A stretch of 64,000 bases of DNA, from NCBI GenBank assembly GCA_013265495.1, contig MU058059.1:3511502-3575501 (forward strand), in the 5' to 3' direction. Source of the DNA: Vicugna vicugna (lineage: Eukaryota). Both the position numbers and the translations under genes were made by a program. The first letter of the stretch is position 1; each line of letters starts with the position of its first letter. Positions 63,618 to 64,000 of the stretch are shown one piece after another. The notes under the pieces were generated by a model. The model saw nothing but the letters and a program-made list of their open reading frames with translations, was not told the origin of the DNA and searched no databases.

Positions 63618-63800
63618 AACTTGCACATGAATATTCATAGAAGGCTTATTTGTAACAGCTTCAAAGCTGAATCAGCCCAGGTGTCCTTCAGCAAGCACCG
63701 TGTGTGCAGCCATGCCATGGAATACTACTCAGCAGTGAAAAGGAACCAGCCACTTAAACTAGCAGCCTGGACGAACCTCCAGGGAAAGATGCTGGAAAAA
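63618..63800 (+). mobile_element. L1M ORF2 3' fragment in the opposite orientation
   Basis: acttgcacatgaatattcatag..catgccatggaatactactcagcagtgaaaaggaac; ORF HAMEYYSAVKRNQ matches the L1 ORF2 C-terminus. Confidence 0.8.
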
Positions 63801-64000
63801 TTTCAATTAACAGAAGTTGGATTTAGATCAGAATAATAAGGAAATATTATTAGGACAGTGGTGTGTGTGGATAGACATGAATGTTGTATATATTATATGT
63901 GATTAACTGAAGTTTTGTAAACATATGTGACCAAATGATGAATTTAACCGCCCTCACCCCAACACACACACTCACTGTACAGGAGAAAATCAGGGTGGCT

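Noticed and set aside
58770..64000. RAB31 exon 6 (expected to continue REVP... and carry the ETSAK G5 motif)
   Set aside because: Not found after exon 5; the region is mostly LTR and L1, so the exon presumably lies beyond the window.

Overview
Mammalian genomic DNA, almost certainly a camelid (alpaca, llama or camel), judged from seven copies of the camelid Vic-1-type tRNA-derived SINE. The window holds the promoter and the first five coding exons of RAB31, a Rab5/22-subfamily small GTPase on the + strand: exons 8788-8826, 39424-39503, 43965-44046, 57546-57617 and 58663-58769. All introns are GT-AG and in phase; the 3' exons lie beyond the window. The rest is intronic or intergenic DNA with L1, SINE, LTR, MIR, L2 and DNA-transposon fossils. 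I found no prokaryotic-type system, CRISPR array, real RNA gene or second protein-coding gene. The most interesting observations are: (1) a second CpG-rich promoter-like element about 3 kb upstream, built around a ~50-bp degenerate triple repeat of a YY1 motif, with a phase-0 candidate donor that could splice in frame to exon 2; (2) a 10-codon out-of-frame uORF whose stop overlaps both tandem RAB31 start codons (ATGATG); (3) copies of the same SINE drifting toward AT upstream of the gene but toward GC inside it; (4) a MARE/AP-1 motif cluster and an NRF1/Z-DNA tract in intron 4. Repeat family names and repeat boundaries without TSDs are by-eye calls and approximate.
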